From: Gammaproteobacteria bacterium
Lineage (GTDB): Bacteria; Pseudomonadota; Gammaproteobacteria; UBA4575
Assembly (NCBI GenBank): GCA_965242685.1
Contig: OZ251487.1
Coordinates: 93,591-157,590, forward strand
Length of the DNA: 64,000 bases
Reading direction: 5' to 3'
Shown in pieces: positions 46,072-57,730 of this stretch. The notes beneath the pieces were generated by a model that worked only from the letters and a program-made list of their open reading frames with translations, was not told the origin of the DNA and did not search any database. How positions within the stretch are numbered: the stretch's first letter is position 1; the number at the start of each line of letters is the position of its first letter. A program made the translations under genes and the position numbers.

Positions 46072-47793
46072 ATGAAGAAAGTTACTGTATTTGCATGGCG
46101 TTGGTACTTTCTGGTGTTTTTCTTTGTATTGGGGTTTGGCGTGTTATTTGCGCGCGCGGTTCATTTGCAGTTGTTGCCCGAGCATGATTTTTTAGAGGAG
46201 GAAGGTAAGGCGCGTCATCTGCGAGTAGTGGAAATGCCTGCGTATCGAGGCATGATTCTGGATAGAAATGGAGAGCTACTCGCAGTGAGCACGCCGGTCT
46301 ACTCCGTATGGACAAATCCTAGAGAGATATCGAATAGCCATGACTCAATCAGGGAAGTGGCAAGTGTTTTAGGTTTGGACGTCGACAGCCTACTCAAAAA
46401 AGTACGAGAAAAAAGTACTCGTCAGTTCCTTTATGTAAAGCGCCAAGTCGATCCCGATCAGGCTGAAAGATTAAAACGGGCAAATATCACTGGAGTCTAT
46501 TTGCAGCGCGAATATAGGCGTTACTACCCGACCGCGGAAGTCAGCTCGCATGTGCTGGGATTTACGAATATTGACGATAAAGGACTGGAAGGCATTGAGT
46601 TTGCTTATGACCAATGGTTACGTGGTCAAGCCGGTGCCAAAAGGGTTATCAAGGATCGATTAAGTCGAGTTGTTGAAGATGTGGAGGCAATTCGTATTCC
46701 GCAATCGGGCCAAAACGTGGTGTTGGGCCTTGATCGAAAAGTGCAATACCTGGCTTACCGTGAATTGAAATCAGGGCTAGTGCGACACGGTGCTCGTTCT
46801 GCTTCCGCAGTGATGATCGAGTCACGAACGGGCGAGGTCATCGCGATGGCTAACGTGCCGTCATATAACCCTAACAACCGTAAAGGCTATCTCAGACATA
46901 CGTACCGCAATCGCGCAGTTACGGACGTTTTTGAACCGGGTTCAACGATTAAGCCGTTCACCATAGCGGCAGCCTTGGAGTCGGATCATTACTCTCCTCA
47001 TACTCTCGTCGATACAACGCCGGGTAAGTATGTAGTCAGAAATCACGCGATTCGGGATATTAGGAATTATGGTCAGCTTACGGTGAGCGACATCATTCTT
47101 AAATCTAGTAACGTGGGGGCAACGAAAGTTGGCATGACGATCTCGCCAGACAATTTATGGGCGATTTTCAATGATATCGGTATTGGTCAATCAACCGGTT
47201 CAGGTTTCCCGGGGGAGGCCGTTGGTCGGTTAAAAAATTTTCAGGATTGGTATGAGGTCGAACGCGCAACTTTGGCGTTTGGTTACGGCATGTCGATGAC
47301 GACTTTGCAATTGGCCCACGCTTACGCCGTATTGGCATCCGGAGGAAAAAAGTTGCCTGTTTCGATGCTACACGGGTCCGAGTTTGGTTCTGATCCGCAT
47401 CCTTCGCAAAGGATATTTTCGTTACGTACCGCAGAACAAGTTCGCGCCATGCTGACAGCGGTCGTTTCCGATGAGGGAACGGGGGCGCGTGCGGCAATTT
47501 CTGGTTACAGCGTTGCAGGTAAAACAGGCACGGTACACAAGTTTAAAAAAGGCGGTTATGAAAAAGATAAGTATTTATCGCTGTTTGCTGGCATGGCGCC
47601 CGCAAGTGATCCGCGGCTTGTACTGGTAGTGGTAGTGAATGAGCCGGGCAGGGGCATATATTTTGGTGGCCAGGTTGCCGCACCGATTTTTTCAAGGATT
47701 ATGGGCGGCGCACTGCGCATACTCAATATTCCACCGGATAAAGTACCTGTACAGGCGAACTCTCCCAATCCCCCAAGAAATCGTGTGAGTTAG
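46072..47793 (+). CDS. ftsI: peptidoglycan D,D-transpeptidase FtsI (PBP3)
   Basis: 573 aa with STIKP, SSN and KTG motifs. Confidence 0.9.
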   Translation: MKKVTVFAWRWYFLVFFFVLGFGVLFARAVHLQLLPEHDFLEEEGKARHLRVVEMPAYRGMILDRNGELLAVSTPVYSVWTNPREISNSHDSIREVASVLGLDVDSLLKKVREKSTRQFLYVKRQVDPDQAERLKRANITGVYLQREYRRYYPTAEVSSHVLGFTNIDDKGLEGIEFAYDQWLRGQAGAKRVIKDRLSRVVEDVEAIRIPQSGQNVVLGLDRKVQYLAYRELKSGLVRHGARSASAVMIESRTGEVIAMANVPSYNPNNRKGYLRHTYRNRAVTDVFEPGSTIKPFTIAAALESDHYSPHTLVDTTPGKYVVRNHAIRDIRNYGQLTVSDIILKSSNVGATKVGMTISPDNLWAIFNDIGIGQSTGSGFPGEAVGRLKNFQDWYEVERATLAFGYGMSMTTLQLAHAYAVLASGGKKLPVSMLHGSEFGSDPHPSQRIFSLRTAEQVRAMLTAVVSDEGTGARAAISGYSVAGKTGTVHKFKKGGYEKDKYLSLFAGMAPASDPRLVLVVVVNEPGRGIYFGGQVAAPIFSRIMGGALRILNIPPDKVPVQANSPNPPRNRVS

Positions 47794-47796
47794 CTC

Positions 47797-49308
47797 ATGC
47801 AATTGTCTAAAGCCTCTTGGTCATTGGTAGATTTGTTAGAAGGTTGGGCAGAGGTGCAGGCATCCGATGCGAATACGATGATTACCGGCCTTAGTCTGGA
47901 TAGCCGCATTACTCAGACAGGAGATCTATTCTTTGCGATACAAGGATCGCAGAGACATGGCCTTGAATTCTGTGAGCAAGCTGTTATTGGTGGTGCCGCC
48001 GGTATTGTCTGGGAGCAAGGCGAAGGTGATGGGCAAGATCAATTACCGGATTCTGTTCCCAACGTTATGATCCCTGCTTTGCAGCAGAAAGTCGGTTTTA
48101 TTGCAAAGCGTTTTTACCATGATCCTTCTTCACGGGTAAGTGTGATTGGCGTTACCGGAACAGATGGTAAGACTTCAGTAAGCCAGCTTATCGCGCAGGC
48201 GTTCACGCAGTTAAAGGTAGCTTGTGGAGTAATTGGAACGCTAGGCTATGGCATTTATCCTGATCTTGAGTCTGGTTCTCAAACTACACCCGATGCAATA
48301 TACATTCAAGCCTTACTGAGCCGTTTCGTTGAAAAAAAGGTCTCTCGCGTAGTTATAGAAGCTTCATCTCATGGCCTGAGACAGGGCAGGTTAAACGGTA
48401 CTATGGTTACCACGGCCGTATTTACTAATCTGAGCCGCGATCATATGGATTACCACCGGTCCTTGAAGGATTACATCGAGTCCAAGCGCATTTTGTTTCA
48501 AATACCGAATTTACAGCACGCGGTTATCAATATCGATGATGAGTTTGGATGCCAACTGGCAAGCGAACTGGACAAGCGAGTAAATGTCATTACCTATTCC
48601 CATGATAACTTTTGTCCGCATCTTGGTACTTATATTTATGCAAAAGAAATTTGTTCTGCCTGGAAGACCACAACGATCGTAATTGAGTCAAGCTGGGGGA
48701 CTGCCACCGTTGAAACCAAGCTTTACGGGAAATTTAACGTCAGCAACATGCTTGCGACGATAGGGGCGTTGCTTACAAGTGGATATTCTTTTCAGGATAT
48801 CATCAAAGCCGTTTCCCTGGCGAGCACCGTACCCGGTCGCATGGAAGCAGTTACGGATGCGCGTGATGTGCCAACCGTCATCATAGATTACGCGCATACC
48901 CCTCAGGCACTTGAAAATGTTTTGCAGGCCCTTCGTGACCGTAGTGCGGGTAAGCTCTGGTGCGTATTTGGATGTGGCGGCAATCGCGACTCTGGCAAGC
49001 GTAAATTGATGGCCCGTACAGTTGAACGGTTTGCCGATTATGCGGTTGTCACGGATGACAACCCTCGTTCGGAAGATCCGGAAACCATCATTCGAGACGT
49101 AATTACCGGATTTTCGTCTTCGGCCAACTATTCTTTAATTCCCGGGCGAAGACAGGCCATCAAGTACGCAATAAATAATGCTGCCCACGAGGATACGGTG
49201 CTAATTGCGGGCAAGGGGCATGAAACGATGCAGGTTATAAATAATGAAGTCATACCTTTTGACGACAAGGAAGTTGCCGCGACGTACTTACAAGATTACA
49301 GACGATGA
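47797..49308 (+). CDS. murE: UDP-N-acetylmuramoyl-L-alanyl-D-glutamate--2,6-diaminopimelate ligase
   Basis: 503 aa Mur ligase (GVTGTDGKTS). Confidence 0.9.
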   Translation: MQLSKASWSLVDLLEGWAEVQASDANTMITGLSLDSRITQTGDLFFAIQGSQRHGLEFCEQAVIGGAAGIVWEQGEGDGQDQLPDSVPNVMIPALQQKVGFIAKRFYHDPSSRVSVIGVTGTDGKTSVSQLIAQAFTQLKVACGVIGTLGYGIYPDLESGSQTTPDAIYIQALLSRFVEKKVSRVVIEASSHGLRQGRLNGTMVTTAVFTNLSRDHMDYHRSLKDYIESKRILFQIPNLQHAVINIDDEFGCQLASELDKRVNVITYSHDNFCPHLGTYIYAKEICSAWKTTTIVIESSWGTATVETKLYGKFNVSNMLATIGALLTSGYSFQDIIKAVSLASTVPGRMEAVTDARDVPTVIIDYAHTPQALENVLQALRDRSAGKLWCVFGCGGNRDSGKRKLMARTVERFADYAVVTDDNPRSEDPETIIRDVITGFSSSANYSLIPGRRQAIKYAINNAAHEDTVLIAGKGHETMQVINNEVIPFDDKEVAATYLQDYRR

Positions 49309-50669
49309 AGCTCACGCTTGCCAAGATTGCTCATGTGACCGATGGCCGTTTGATCGGGGAAGATAGAGTAGTAACTGGTTTATCAACCGACACACGCATG
49401 TTACAAAAAGAAAACTTGTTTGTTGCCTTGATTGGAAAGAGGTTTGATCCGCATAAGTTGATTGAGGCCGGGAGAGCGGATGATGCAGGTGCCGTGTTGG
49501 TTGAGCACCGTTTGCATGTTAAATGTCCGCAGATAGTCGTTCACGACACCTATTCTGCCTTGCAGAGTCTGGCGAGCGCATGGCGCGACGGATTTAAGAT
49601 ACCCGTTGTCGGGATTACAGGATCAAACGGTAAAACGTCCGTTAAGGAATTGATCAGGAAAATCTTGGCCACCCGGGGGGATGTATTGGCGACCCGCGGG
49701 AACTTGAATAACCATATCGGTGTTCCGCTTACGCTCCTCGGTTTACATGAAGGCCACCGTTATGCCGTTATAGAGATGGGTGCCAATCACGCCGGTGAAA
49801 TCGAAAAACTTACGCAGTTGGTGAATCCTGACGTAGGCGTAATAACGAACGTCGGGCCGGCACATTTGGAAGGGTTTGGCTCAATAGAAGGCGTTGCGCA
49901 CGCCAAGGCTGAGTTATACCGATGCTTGAATCCTCGCGGCATTGCGGTGGTAAACGCGGATGAACCTTATCGCCGGCTTTGGGAAAAAGATATTGGTCAA
50001 CGCAAAACAGTAACGTTCGGCATGGGTAAGGATGCAGATATATCCGGCCGGAGAATGCACGCGGGAGCAGTAAAAATTACTACATCCATGGGAGAAATAC
50101 GTACCCGGCTGCAAGCGTCGGGATCGCATGTGACATATAACGCATTGGCTGCCGTTGCGGCATGTTTAAGTGTGGGAGTTGGTCTTGACTATATAAAGGC
50201 CGGACTTGAGGATGCGAAACCCGTGTCCGGTCGTTTGGTTCAACTCAAGGGCGTTGGTGGTGCCTGCATATTGGATGACAGCTATAACGCGAATCCAGCT
50301 TCTCTATACGTGGCTTTGGATGCGCAGGCACAAGAGAAAGGCGAGTCCTGGCTGGTGTTTGGGGACATGGGTGAATTGGGAAAAGAGAGTATTACGCTGC
50401 ATAAAGAAGCGGGAGAAATGGCTAGGGAATTTGGGGTCACGCGTTTATTGGCACTTGGAGAGCTTGCCAGGTATGCCGCAGATTCCTTTGGAAAGGGTGC
50501 CACGCATTTTTCAGATCATGCAGCCATCATCAAAGTTTTGCAGAAAGATTTGCATGAAAGGATTTGTGTACTGATAAAGGGTTCTCGCGCCATGCAGTTA
50601 GAGAAAATTGTTGCGGGAATACGGTTGTCTTCAAATTTACAAACCATCTGTAACGAGCATGCTGCTTAA
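49305..50669 (+). CDS. murF: UDP-N-acetylmuramoyl-tripeptide--D-alanyl-D-alanine ligase
   Basis: 454 aa Mur ligase ([10 protein letters not shown]). Confidence 0.9.
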   Translation: MKLTLAKIAHVTDGRLIGEDRVVTGLSTDTRMLQKENLFVALIGKRFDPHKLIEAGRADDAGAVLVEHRLHVKCPQIVVHDTYSALQSLASAWRDGFKIPVVGITGSNGKTSVKELIRKILATRGDVLATRGNLNNHIGVPLTLLGLHEGHRYAVIEMGANHAGEIEKLTQLVNPDVGVITNVGPAHLEGFGSIEGVAHAKAELYRCLNPRGIAVVNADEPYRRLWEKDIGQRKTVTFGMGKDADISGRRMHAGAVKITTSMGEIRTRLQASGSHVTYNALAAVAACLSVGVGLDYIKAGLEDAKPVSGRLVQLKGVGGACILDDSYNANPASLYVALDAQAQEKGESWLVFGDMGELGKESITLHKEAGEMAREFGVTRLLALGELARYAADSFGKGATHFSDHAAIIKVLQKDLHERICVLIKGSRAMQLEKIVAGIRLSSNLQTICNEHAA

Positions 50670-51741
50670 ATTATTTGCATACCTGGGAGAGGTTTATTCT
50701 GGTTTCAACGTATTTCAGTATCTGACCTTGCGATCTATTTTAGGCGTTTTAACCGCACTGGTGGTCTGTTTTATTACCGGCCCGATTATGATTCGTAAAC
50801 TAAGGGGCTACAAAATTTATCAGAACATCAGAGAAGATGGGCCACAGACGCACCTTGACAAGGCAAGCACCCCAACTATGGGAGGAGTTTTTATTTTATT
50901 TGCGGTACTTACCAGCGTCTTGTTATGGAGTGACTTGTCAAATCGTTATGTGTGGTTTGCGATGGGGACCACTTTTCTTTTTGGTCTGGTGGGTGCGGTG
51001 GATGACGTTAAAAAATTGTTGAGTAAATCAGGCGCGGGGTTGACTGCAAAAGGCAAGTATTTTTTGCAATCCATAGTTGCTGTCGGCATTGCCATACTCT
51101 TGTATTACAGCGCGCAAATTCCAATGGAAACTAATTTATATATCCCATTTCTCAAGGATATGTTTATTCCTCTGGGAGGCTGGTTTGTGGTTTTAACTTA
51201 TTTTGTAATCGTTGGTTCCAGCAATGCGGTGAATCTTACTGATGGCCTTGATGGCCTTGCGATTATGCCGATTGTAATGGTCACTGGTGCGCTTGGCGTG
51301 TTTGCGTATGCAAGTGGCAATATAAATTTTTCAAATTACCTTGCGATACCGCATTTACCGTTGGCCGGTGAATTAGTGGTTTTTTGTGGTGCGGTGGTAG
51401 GTGCCGGTATGGGGTTTCTCTGGTTCAATGCTTATCCGGCGCAAGTTTTCATGGGTGACATGGGAGCATTGGCGCTTGGTGCAGCAGTAGGTGTACTGGC
51501 AGTGCTGGTAAGGCAGGAAATTTTGCTCATGGTTATGGGCGGGATTTTTGTGCTTGAGGCGGTATCCGTGATGGTTCAAGTGGTGTCCTTTAAGTTTACC
51601 GGTAAGAGAATTTTTCAGATGGCGCCGTTACATCATCACTTTGAACTAAAGGGCTGGCCGGAGCCAAGGGTGATTGTACGTTTCTGGATCATAACCTTGG
51701 TTCTGGTATTAGTAGGGTTGGCAACGTTGAAAATTCGGTAA
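50659..51741 (+). CDS. mraY: phospho-N-acetylmuramoyl-pentapeptide transferase
   Basis: Start at [25 protein letters not shown] (ATG at 50659, overlapping the murF stop). Collinear with E. coli MraY. Confidence 0.9.
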   Translation: MLLKLFAYLGEVYSGFNVFQYLTLRSILGVLTALVVCFITGPIMIRKLRGYKIYQNIREDGPQTHLDKASTPTMGGVFILFAVLTSVLLWSDLSNRYVWFAMGTTFLFGLVGAVDDVKKLLSKSGAGLTAKGKYFLQSIVAVGIAILLYYSAQIPMETNLYIPFLKDMFIPLGGWFVVLTYFVIVGSSNAVNLTDGLDGLAIMPIVMVTGALGVFAYASGNINFSNYLAIPHLPLAGELVVFCGAVVGAGMGFLWFNAYPAQVFMGDMGALALGAAVGVLAVLVRQEILLMVMGGIFVLEAVSVMVQVVSFKFTGKRIFQMAPLHHHFELKGWPEPRVIVRFWIITLVLVLVGLATLKIR

Positions 51742-51747
51742 AGGCTT

Positions 51748-53103
51748 ATGGGATTTGCACTATACAAGCAGCAGGTGGATAAACGTTATGAAACGATGGT
51801 TGTGGGACTCGGTGAAACCGGCCTGTCGATAGCACGTTATTTACACGATCGCGGGATACCGTTTGCCGTGGCGGATACCCGCTCGTTACCGCCTAAGATC
51901 AACAGTTTTAGGCAGCAGTTTCCGGACGTTGATGTATATCTGGGGAAATTGTCGGCAGGTTTGTTTCAGGGCATCAAGCGTATCCTGGTAAGTCCGGGTA
52001 TCGATATAAATAACCAGTGCTTGCAAGCTGCGGTGAGACAAGGGGCGGAATGCTATGGGGATATCGAGTTGTTTGCTAACAACACGCAAACCCCGATCGT
52101 TGCCATTACTGGCTCCAATGGTAAAAGCACGGTAGCAAGTCTGGTCACTGCGATGGCACGGTCAGCAAATGTGAAGGCCTATGCGGGAGGTAACTTACGT
52201 CCTCCTGCCATGGACTTACTTGGTTTCCAGGATGCCGAGTTGTTTGTGTTGGAGTTATCGAGTTTTCAGTTGGAGTCTACTTGTTCGTTAAAGCCCTTGG
52301 TCAGCGTGGTATTAAACATATCCCCGGATCATCTGGACAGACATAAGAGTATTGGCCGTTATACCCGTATCAAGGAAAAAATTTATGCCCATGCGAAGAT
52401 CAGTGTCATCAATCGCGACGATGTGCTTGTTACGAAAATGAAGACTTCGGGCAAAGTCGTCAGCTTTGGCTTGGGTTACTCGGCTGATGACGAGTTTGGC
52501 GTAGTGCACGATAACGGCAATACTTTTTTGGCGAAGGGGCAACGTTGTTTATTGGCCACGGATGAACTTACATTGTTGGGCGAAGCCGGAGTTTTTAACT
52601 CACTCGCTGCATTGGCGATAGGCGAGGCGCTAAAACTACCTTTAGAAAAAATGCTTTATACGCTGAAGCATTTCAAAGGACTTGCTCATAGGTTGTCTCT
52701 CGTGGGTAAAGCGGACGGGGTGTTTTGGTTTAACGATTCCAAGGGCACCAATATTGGTGCTTCAGTGAGTTCTTTACGTAGCTTACAAGCGAATATTATT
52801 TTGCTGGCGGGCGGAGTTTTCAAAGGTGGAGACCTGCATGTTTTGCGTGAGACGGTAGCCAAGCATGCAAGGTATGTAGTTTTATTTGGTCGGGACGCAG
52901 ACGTGTTGAAACGGGCGTTACATGGCGCGGCAATTATTCATGTAGCGGATTCAATCCGTGCTGCCGTTGGTATTGCACAACGCTTGTCGAAGTCAGGTGA
53001 CAAAGTACTGCTGTCACCTGCTTGTGCCAGTTTTGACATGTACGAAGACTACGTTGCGCGGGGCGAGGATTTTGAGGCTTGTGTCAGGGAGATGGTTTTA
53101 TGA
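51748..53103 (+). CDS. murD: UDP-N-acetylmuramoylalanine--D-glutamate ligase
   Basis: 451 aa (GSNGKSTV). Confidence 0.9.
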   Translation: MGFALYKQQVDKRYETMVVGLGETGLSIARYLHDRGIPFAVADTRSLPPKINSFRQQFPDVDVYLGKLSAGLFQGIKRILVSPGIDINNQCLQAAVRQGAECYGDIELFANNTQTPIVAITGSNGKSTVASLVTAMARSANVKAYAGGNLRPPAMDLLGFQDAELFVLELSSFQLESTCSLKPLVSVVLNISPDHLDRHKSIGRYTRIKEKIYAHAKISVINRDDVLVTKMKTSGKVVSFGLGYSADDEFGVVHDNGNTFLAKGQRCLLATDELTLLGEAGVFNSLAALAIGEALKLPLEKMLYTLKHFKGLAHRLSLVGKADGVFWFNDSKGTNIGASVSSLRSLQANIILLAGGVFKGGDLHVLRETVAKHARYVVLFGRDADVLKRALHGAAIIHVADSIRAAVGIAQRLSKSGDKVLLSPACASFDMYEDYVARGEDFEACVREMVL

Positions 53104-54269
53104 GTGCGTCTATGCAAGCTTCCAGGCGGCCGTCTGACAACCTGCATGTCAAGATGACAAAGCGTTGTGACACAACGCTGATTATATCGGTAATGTTGCT
53201 ACTTGGCATAGGTTTGGTGATGGTGGCGTCTTCTTCAATTGAAATTGCTGAAAAAATGACCGGTGACCCACTGTATTACTTCAAACGCCAATTTATTTTT
53301 GTATTACTTGGCGTGTCGGCAGGCTTTGTGTTGACAAGGATTCGCTTGATGCACTGGGAAAGTGTAAGTGCATTGCTGTTATTTCTCATGGTTGCCTTAT
53401 TGGGACTGGTATTGATACCGGGGTTGGGTAAAACGGTAAACGGCAGTACACGTTGGCTGGCACTCGGGTCATTCGGGTTTCAGGTATCGGAAGTTGTCAA
53501 GCTACTACTCATTATATACCTTGCGGGTTATGCTGTAAGACAAGAAAAACAGATTCGAGATTCATTCATCGGGCTTCTTAAACCGATGTTTGTTATCGGT
53601 ATGCTTCTTGTCCTGCTGCTGCTTGAGCCGGACTTCGGTGCTGCCATTGTGCTACTGGCAATCGCCTTGGGGATGTTTTATCTGGCGGGTGTCAGCATCT
53701 GGAAGTTTGGAATTTTAATTCTTGCTTGTGTGCCTTTTATGGCACTTGTTGCCGTTTCATCACCTTACCGCGTAGAACGGTTTACTTCGTTCTTAAATCC
53801 ATGGTTAGACCCGTATGGCTCCGGATTTCAACTTACTCAATCCCTGATAGCGATCGGCAGTGGTTCCTGGACGGGATTAGGTTTGGGTGCAAGTGTACAG
53901 AAGCTGTTTTATTTGCCGGAGGCACACACTGATTTTGTATTTGCGGTAATTGCCGAAGAACTAGGCTTGCTTGGCATTGTTGTGATATTGGCTTTATTTA
54001 TCGCGTTGATTTATCGGTGTTTTGCGATTGGTAGGCTGGCTGAAATACGAGGTACGCGATTTGGTGCGCAGGTATGTTATGGAACAGGTATATGGTTAGG
54101 GTTACAGGCGTTTGTCAATATAGGTGTAAACATGGGCATACTACCAACGAAAGGGTTGACTTTGCCGTTGATTAGCGCCGGAGGGAGTAGTCTATTGGCG
54201 GTGTGCATGGCGATTGGTCTTGTTGTGCGTGTATATATTGAGAGTGTCGAAGAATCACCGATGCGATGA
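53100..54269 (+). CDS. ftsW: cell division lipid II flippase/polymerase FtsW (SEDS family)
   Basis: Start taken at the ATGA overlap with the murD stop (MSASMQASRR...); 53079 is an alternative start. Confidence 0.85.
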   Translation: MSASMQASRRPSDNLHVKMTKRCDTTLIISVMLLLGIGLVMVASSSIEIAEKMTGDPLYYFKRQFIFVLLGVSAGFVLTRIRLMHWESVSALLLFLMVALLGLVLIPGLGKTVNGSTRWLALGSFGFQVSEVVKLLLIIYLAGYAVRQEKQIRDSFIGLLKPMFVIGMLLVLLLLEPDFGAAIVLLAIALGMFYLAGVSIWKFGILILACVPFMALVAVSSPYRVERFTSFLNPWLDPYGSGFQLTQSLIAIGSGSWTGLGLGASVQKLFYLPEAHTDFVFAVIAEELGLLGIVVILALFIALIYRCFAIGRLAEIRGTRFGAQVCYGTGIWLGLQAFVNIGVNMGILPTKGLTLPLISAGGSSLLAVCMAIGLVVRVYIESVEESPMR

Positions 54270-54282
54270 TGGATGATTCATT

Positions 54283-55410
54283 ATGAAACGTGGACGTTCT
54301 CCGATCATGATATTCGCTGGAGGCACGGGCGGCCATGTTTTTCCTGCGCTTGCGGTAGCGAAGAAAATTAAGCAGCGAGGTGTGCCTGTTGTTTGGGCGG
54401 GTACCAAGAAAGGTATTGAGGCACAGGTAGTCACCAAAGCGGGCTATCAAGTCGAGTGGATTATGGCAAGCAGTCCGCGCGGCAAAAGTGTGGTGGCTTA
54501 TTTGTTCGCGCCATTTCAATTTATCTTGGTTGGTTTGCAGACAGTTTGGCTGTTCGTTAAGCACTGGCCTTGTGCCGTCTTGGGTATGGGTGGATTTGTT
54601 GCTGCTTCAGGTGGTTTAGTTGCGGTGCTGCTGAGGAAGCCGCTGGTCATTCATGAGCAGAATGCGGTTGCGGGATTAACGAATCGTATGCTTGCGCCGT
54701 TTGCCGCCCATGTCCTGAGTGGTTTTCCTGCTACTTTTACATGTCAAAACGTTGCGGTGGTGGGTAATCCAGTGCGTGAGGAAATTTTGCAAATTCAACG
54801 TGAACATGTAGTCGCGGAGCCACCCACCAGGTCTCTACGGGTGCTTGTGGTCGGGGGTAGCCAAGGCGCACGAATATTCAATAAGGTGGTGCCGGCGGCA
54901 TTGGCGCGGGTTCCCCTGGAGGCACGCCCGGATGTTTGGCACCAAACTGGAAAGCAAGGTCTTTGTTATACGCGAGACCAATATGAGAGTCATAATGTTA
55001 AAGCTCGCACGGATGCGTTTATTGATGCCATGTATGATGCGTATAGTTGGGCGGATTTTGTAATTTGTCGAGCTGGGGCGATGACTGTGGCGGAACTTGC
55101 GGCAGCGGGAGTGAGTGCGGTTTTAGTGCCTTATCCCCATGCGATAGATGATCATCAGACAGCCAATGCAACGGTCCTGGCAGACGCAGGTGCGGTATTT
55201 TTAATTCAAGAACACGAGTTGAATGAGGCTGCTTTGGCTCAACTGCTGCATGATATTTCAAAAGATCGTTTTATCCTTAAAAAGGCGGTAAAGGCGGTTC
55301 GCGCATTTGCGAAACCACACGCTGCGGATGATGTTGCCAATACCTGTTTGCAGGCCTGTTTCAGGAAAAATACTCGTAGGTCGAACAGCCTGGAGAAAGG
55401 TTTTTCATAA
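54283..55410 (+). CDS. murG: UDP-N-acetylglucosamine--N-acetylmuramyl-(pentapeptide) pyrophosphoryl-undecaprenol GlcNAc transferase
   Basis: 375 aa starting IMIFAGGTGGHVFPALAVA. Confidence 0.9.
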   Translation: MKRGRSPIMIFAGGTGGHVFPALAVAKKIKQRGVPVVWAGTKKGIEAQVVTKAGYQVEWIMASSPRGKSVVAYLFAPFQFILVGLQTVWLFVKHWPCAVLGMGGFVAASGGLVAVLLRKPLVIHEQNAVAGLTNRMLAPFAAHVLSGFPATFTCQNVAVVGNPVREEILQIQREHVVAEPPTRSLRVLVVGGSQGARIFNKVVPAALARVPLEARPDVWHQTGKQGLCYTRDQYESHNVKARTDAFIDAMYDAYSWADFVICRAGAMTVAELAAAGVSAVLVPYPHAIDDHQTANATVLADAGAVFLIQEHELNEAALAQLLHDISKDRFILKKAVKAVRAFAKPHAADDVANTCLQACFRKNTRRSNSLEKGFS

Positions 55411-56834
55411 TGGCACATGGCATTGAATATTTTTCAAAACACGGAATCAAGTGCGTGCATTTTGTCGGGATTGGCGGTTCTGGCATGGGGGGGATAGCAG
55501 AAGTCATGCTGAATTTAGGATATCAGGTAAATGGTTCTGATATTCAGCAAAACCTTATCACGAAAAGGTTAGGCAAATTAGGCGCGAGAATTTCTCCCCG
55601 TCACGATGCCGGCAATATTAGGGGCGCACATATAGTTGTGATGTCCAGTGCTATAAAGGATGATAATCCAGAAGTGGTTGCGGCACGTGAACAGCGTATT
55701 CCAATTGTACCGCGCGCGCAAATGTTGGCCGAGCTTATGCGTTTCCGATATGGCATTGCGGTTGCCGGCACGCATGGTAAAACCACTACCACAAGCCTGG
55801 TCGCTTCAGTTTTAACCACCGCAGGTTTGGACCCGACTTTTATTGTAGGCGGTCGTATAAACAGTTTTTCCAGCCACTCAAAGCTTGGTGCGGGGCAATA
55901 TCTGGTAGTTGAAGCGGATGAGAGCGACGCGTCATTTTTGTTTTTACAACCGATTATGTCGATTGTAACCAATATTGATTCAGATCATCTTTCTGCCTAT
56001 GGAGACGACTTTAATAAATTAAAAGAAGCCTTCTTACAGTTTATTCATCGGCTTCCGTTTTATGGTGTAGCCATTTTATGTATTGAAGATGAGGTGGTTA
56101 AGAGTTTGCTGGCAAAGATATCACGTTCCTGTGTGACCTATGGATTTTCGCAGAGTGCGGACTACCAAATATCAGACGTTGCCATTGTCGGCACGCGCAC
56201 GACGTTTACATTACACCCCCCGGCCAAAAAATCGTTGATCAAATTCGATTTGAATTTGCCCGGTACGCATAATGTGTTGAATGCGGTTGCCGCGGCAATT
56301 GTCGCATTACAACTGGGTATAGAAGAGAAATTTATACAGTCTGCATTCAGTAACTTTCAAGGCATTGCAAGAAGGTTTCAGACTTATCCCAACATCCGCA
56401 TCAACAATAAAAACGTTCAGTTGGTGGATGACTATGGCCACCATCCTGCTGAAATTTCAGTCACCATGGATGCTGCCCGCGGGGCTTGGCCGCAGCGAAG
56501 GCTGGTAGTGTTGTTTCAGCCTCACCGCTATTCACGTACCCACTATTTGTTTGACGATTTTGTGCGGGTTTTAAGCGAAGCCGATGCGCTGATGCTGTGC
56601 GAAGTTTACGCAGCCAATGAGAGCCCGATCGCACATGCGGACAGCTCGACGTTGAGCCGCGCCCTACGCACGCATGGCAAACTTGATCCGATTTTGGTTA
56701 AGGATATCGAAAAGCTGCCGATGATTCTTGAGCGCGTAATCCAGGATAACGATGTTTTATTGATTTTAGGGGCGGGAAGTATTGGTGACGTTGCACAGAA
56801 TCTGAAAAAATCATTTGCGGTTGTCGACACATGA
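55410..56834 (+). CDS. murC: UDP-N-acetylmuramate--L-alanine ligase
   Basis: 474 aa with HFVGIGGSGMGGIAEV and GTHGKTTTT motifs. Confidence 0.9.
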   Translation: MAHGIEYFSKHGIKCVHFVGIGGSGMGGIAEVMLNLGYQVNGSDIQQNLITKRLGKLGARISPRHDAGNIRGAHIVVMSSAIKDDNPEVVAAREQRIPIVPRAQMLAELMRFRYGIAVAGTHGKTTTTSLVASVLTTAGLDPTFIVGGRINSFSSHSKLGAGQYLVVEADESDASFLFLQPIMSIVTNIDSDHLSAYGDDFNKLKEAFLQFIHRLPFYGVAILCIEDEVVKSLLAKISRSCVTYGFSQSADYQISDVAIVGTRTTFTLHPPAKKSLIKFDLNLPGTHNVLNAVAAAIVALQLGIEEKFIQSAFSNFQGIARRFQTYPNIRINNKNVQLVDDYGHHPAEISVTMDAARGAWPQRRLVVLFQPHRYSRTHYLFDDFVRVLSEADALMLCEVYAANESPIAHADSSTLSRALRTHGKLDPILVKDIEKLPMILERVIQDNDVLLILGAGSIGDVAQNLKKSFAVVDT

Positions 56835-57730
56835 AGGCAGTACAAAATATACCAATGCTGCGCGGGGTACTTGAAAAAAACGTTTCCCTGGCACGTTTTA
56901 CCAGTTGGAAGGTAGGCGGTATGGCGGACGTTCTATATCGTCCCGCAGACGTAATGGATTTAAGTAATTATCTTATGTCGCTTGACCGAAATATTCCCGT
57001 TACCTGGCTTGGGAGAGGCACTAATGTGCTGATTCGTGACGGTGGAATACGTGGCGTGATAATACTGTTACATGGATGTATTGATCTACTTGAGCGCTGG
57101 GGGGATACCGTAATCCGTGCCGAGGCGGGCGTGTCTTGTGCAAAATTGGCGCATTTTAGTGCGGGTAATAACTTAGTTGGCGCAGAATTTCTTGCTGGTA
57201 TACCGGGTACCGTGGGCGGTGCATTGGCGATGAACTCGGGGGCGTATGGAGGAGAGATATGGGAGTTTGTCACGCAACTGAAGACCATTGATCGTTATGG
57301 GCAACTTCACGTTCACGGTCCGCAAGATTTTCAGGTGGGCTATCGTTCAGTTTCTCATCACGAAGGAAAATGGTTTATAGAGGCAAATTTTGCCTTTGCT
57401 TTTGGTGACGGTAGGCATTCGCGCAGCACAATCCGTGAATTATTAAGCAAGCGCAACGCATCACAACCCGTAGGTAACCGCAGTTGTGGATCCGTATTTC
57501 GCAATCCGGAACATGACTATGCTGCCAGATTGATAGACGCGTGTAACTTGAAAGGCGTTGCCGTAGGAGGTGCCCGAGTATCAACCAAGCACGCAAACTT
57601 TATTATCAATTCAGGTAACGCGACGGCAAAAGACATTGAAGAGCTGATTTACAGGGTGCGTACAACGATTGAAGACAAATGTGGCGTATCGCTTGTACCG
57701 GAAGTGCAAATCCTGGGTGAGTCGCCATAA
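56831..57730 (+). CDS. murB: UDP-N-acetylenolpyruvoylglucosamine reductase
   Basis: 299 aa with an FAD-binding domain. Confidence 0.85.
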   Translation: MKAVQNIPMLRGVLEKNVSLARFTSWKVGGMADVLYRPADVMDLSNYLMSLDRNIPVTWLGRGTNVLIRDGGIRGVIILLHGCIDLLERWGDTVIRAEAGVSCAKLAHFSAGNNLVGAEFLAGIPGTVGGALAMNSGAYGGEIWEFVTQLKTIDRYGQLHVHGPQDFQVGYRSVSHHEGKWFIEANFAFAFGDGRHSRSTIRELLSKRNASQPVGNRSCGSVFRNPEHDYAARLIDACNLKGVAVGGARVSTKHANFIINSGNATAKDIEELIYRVRTTIEDKCGVSLVPEVQILGESP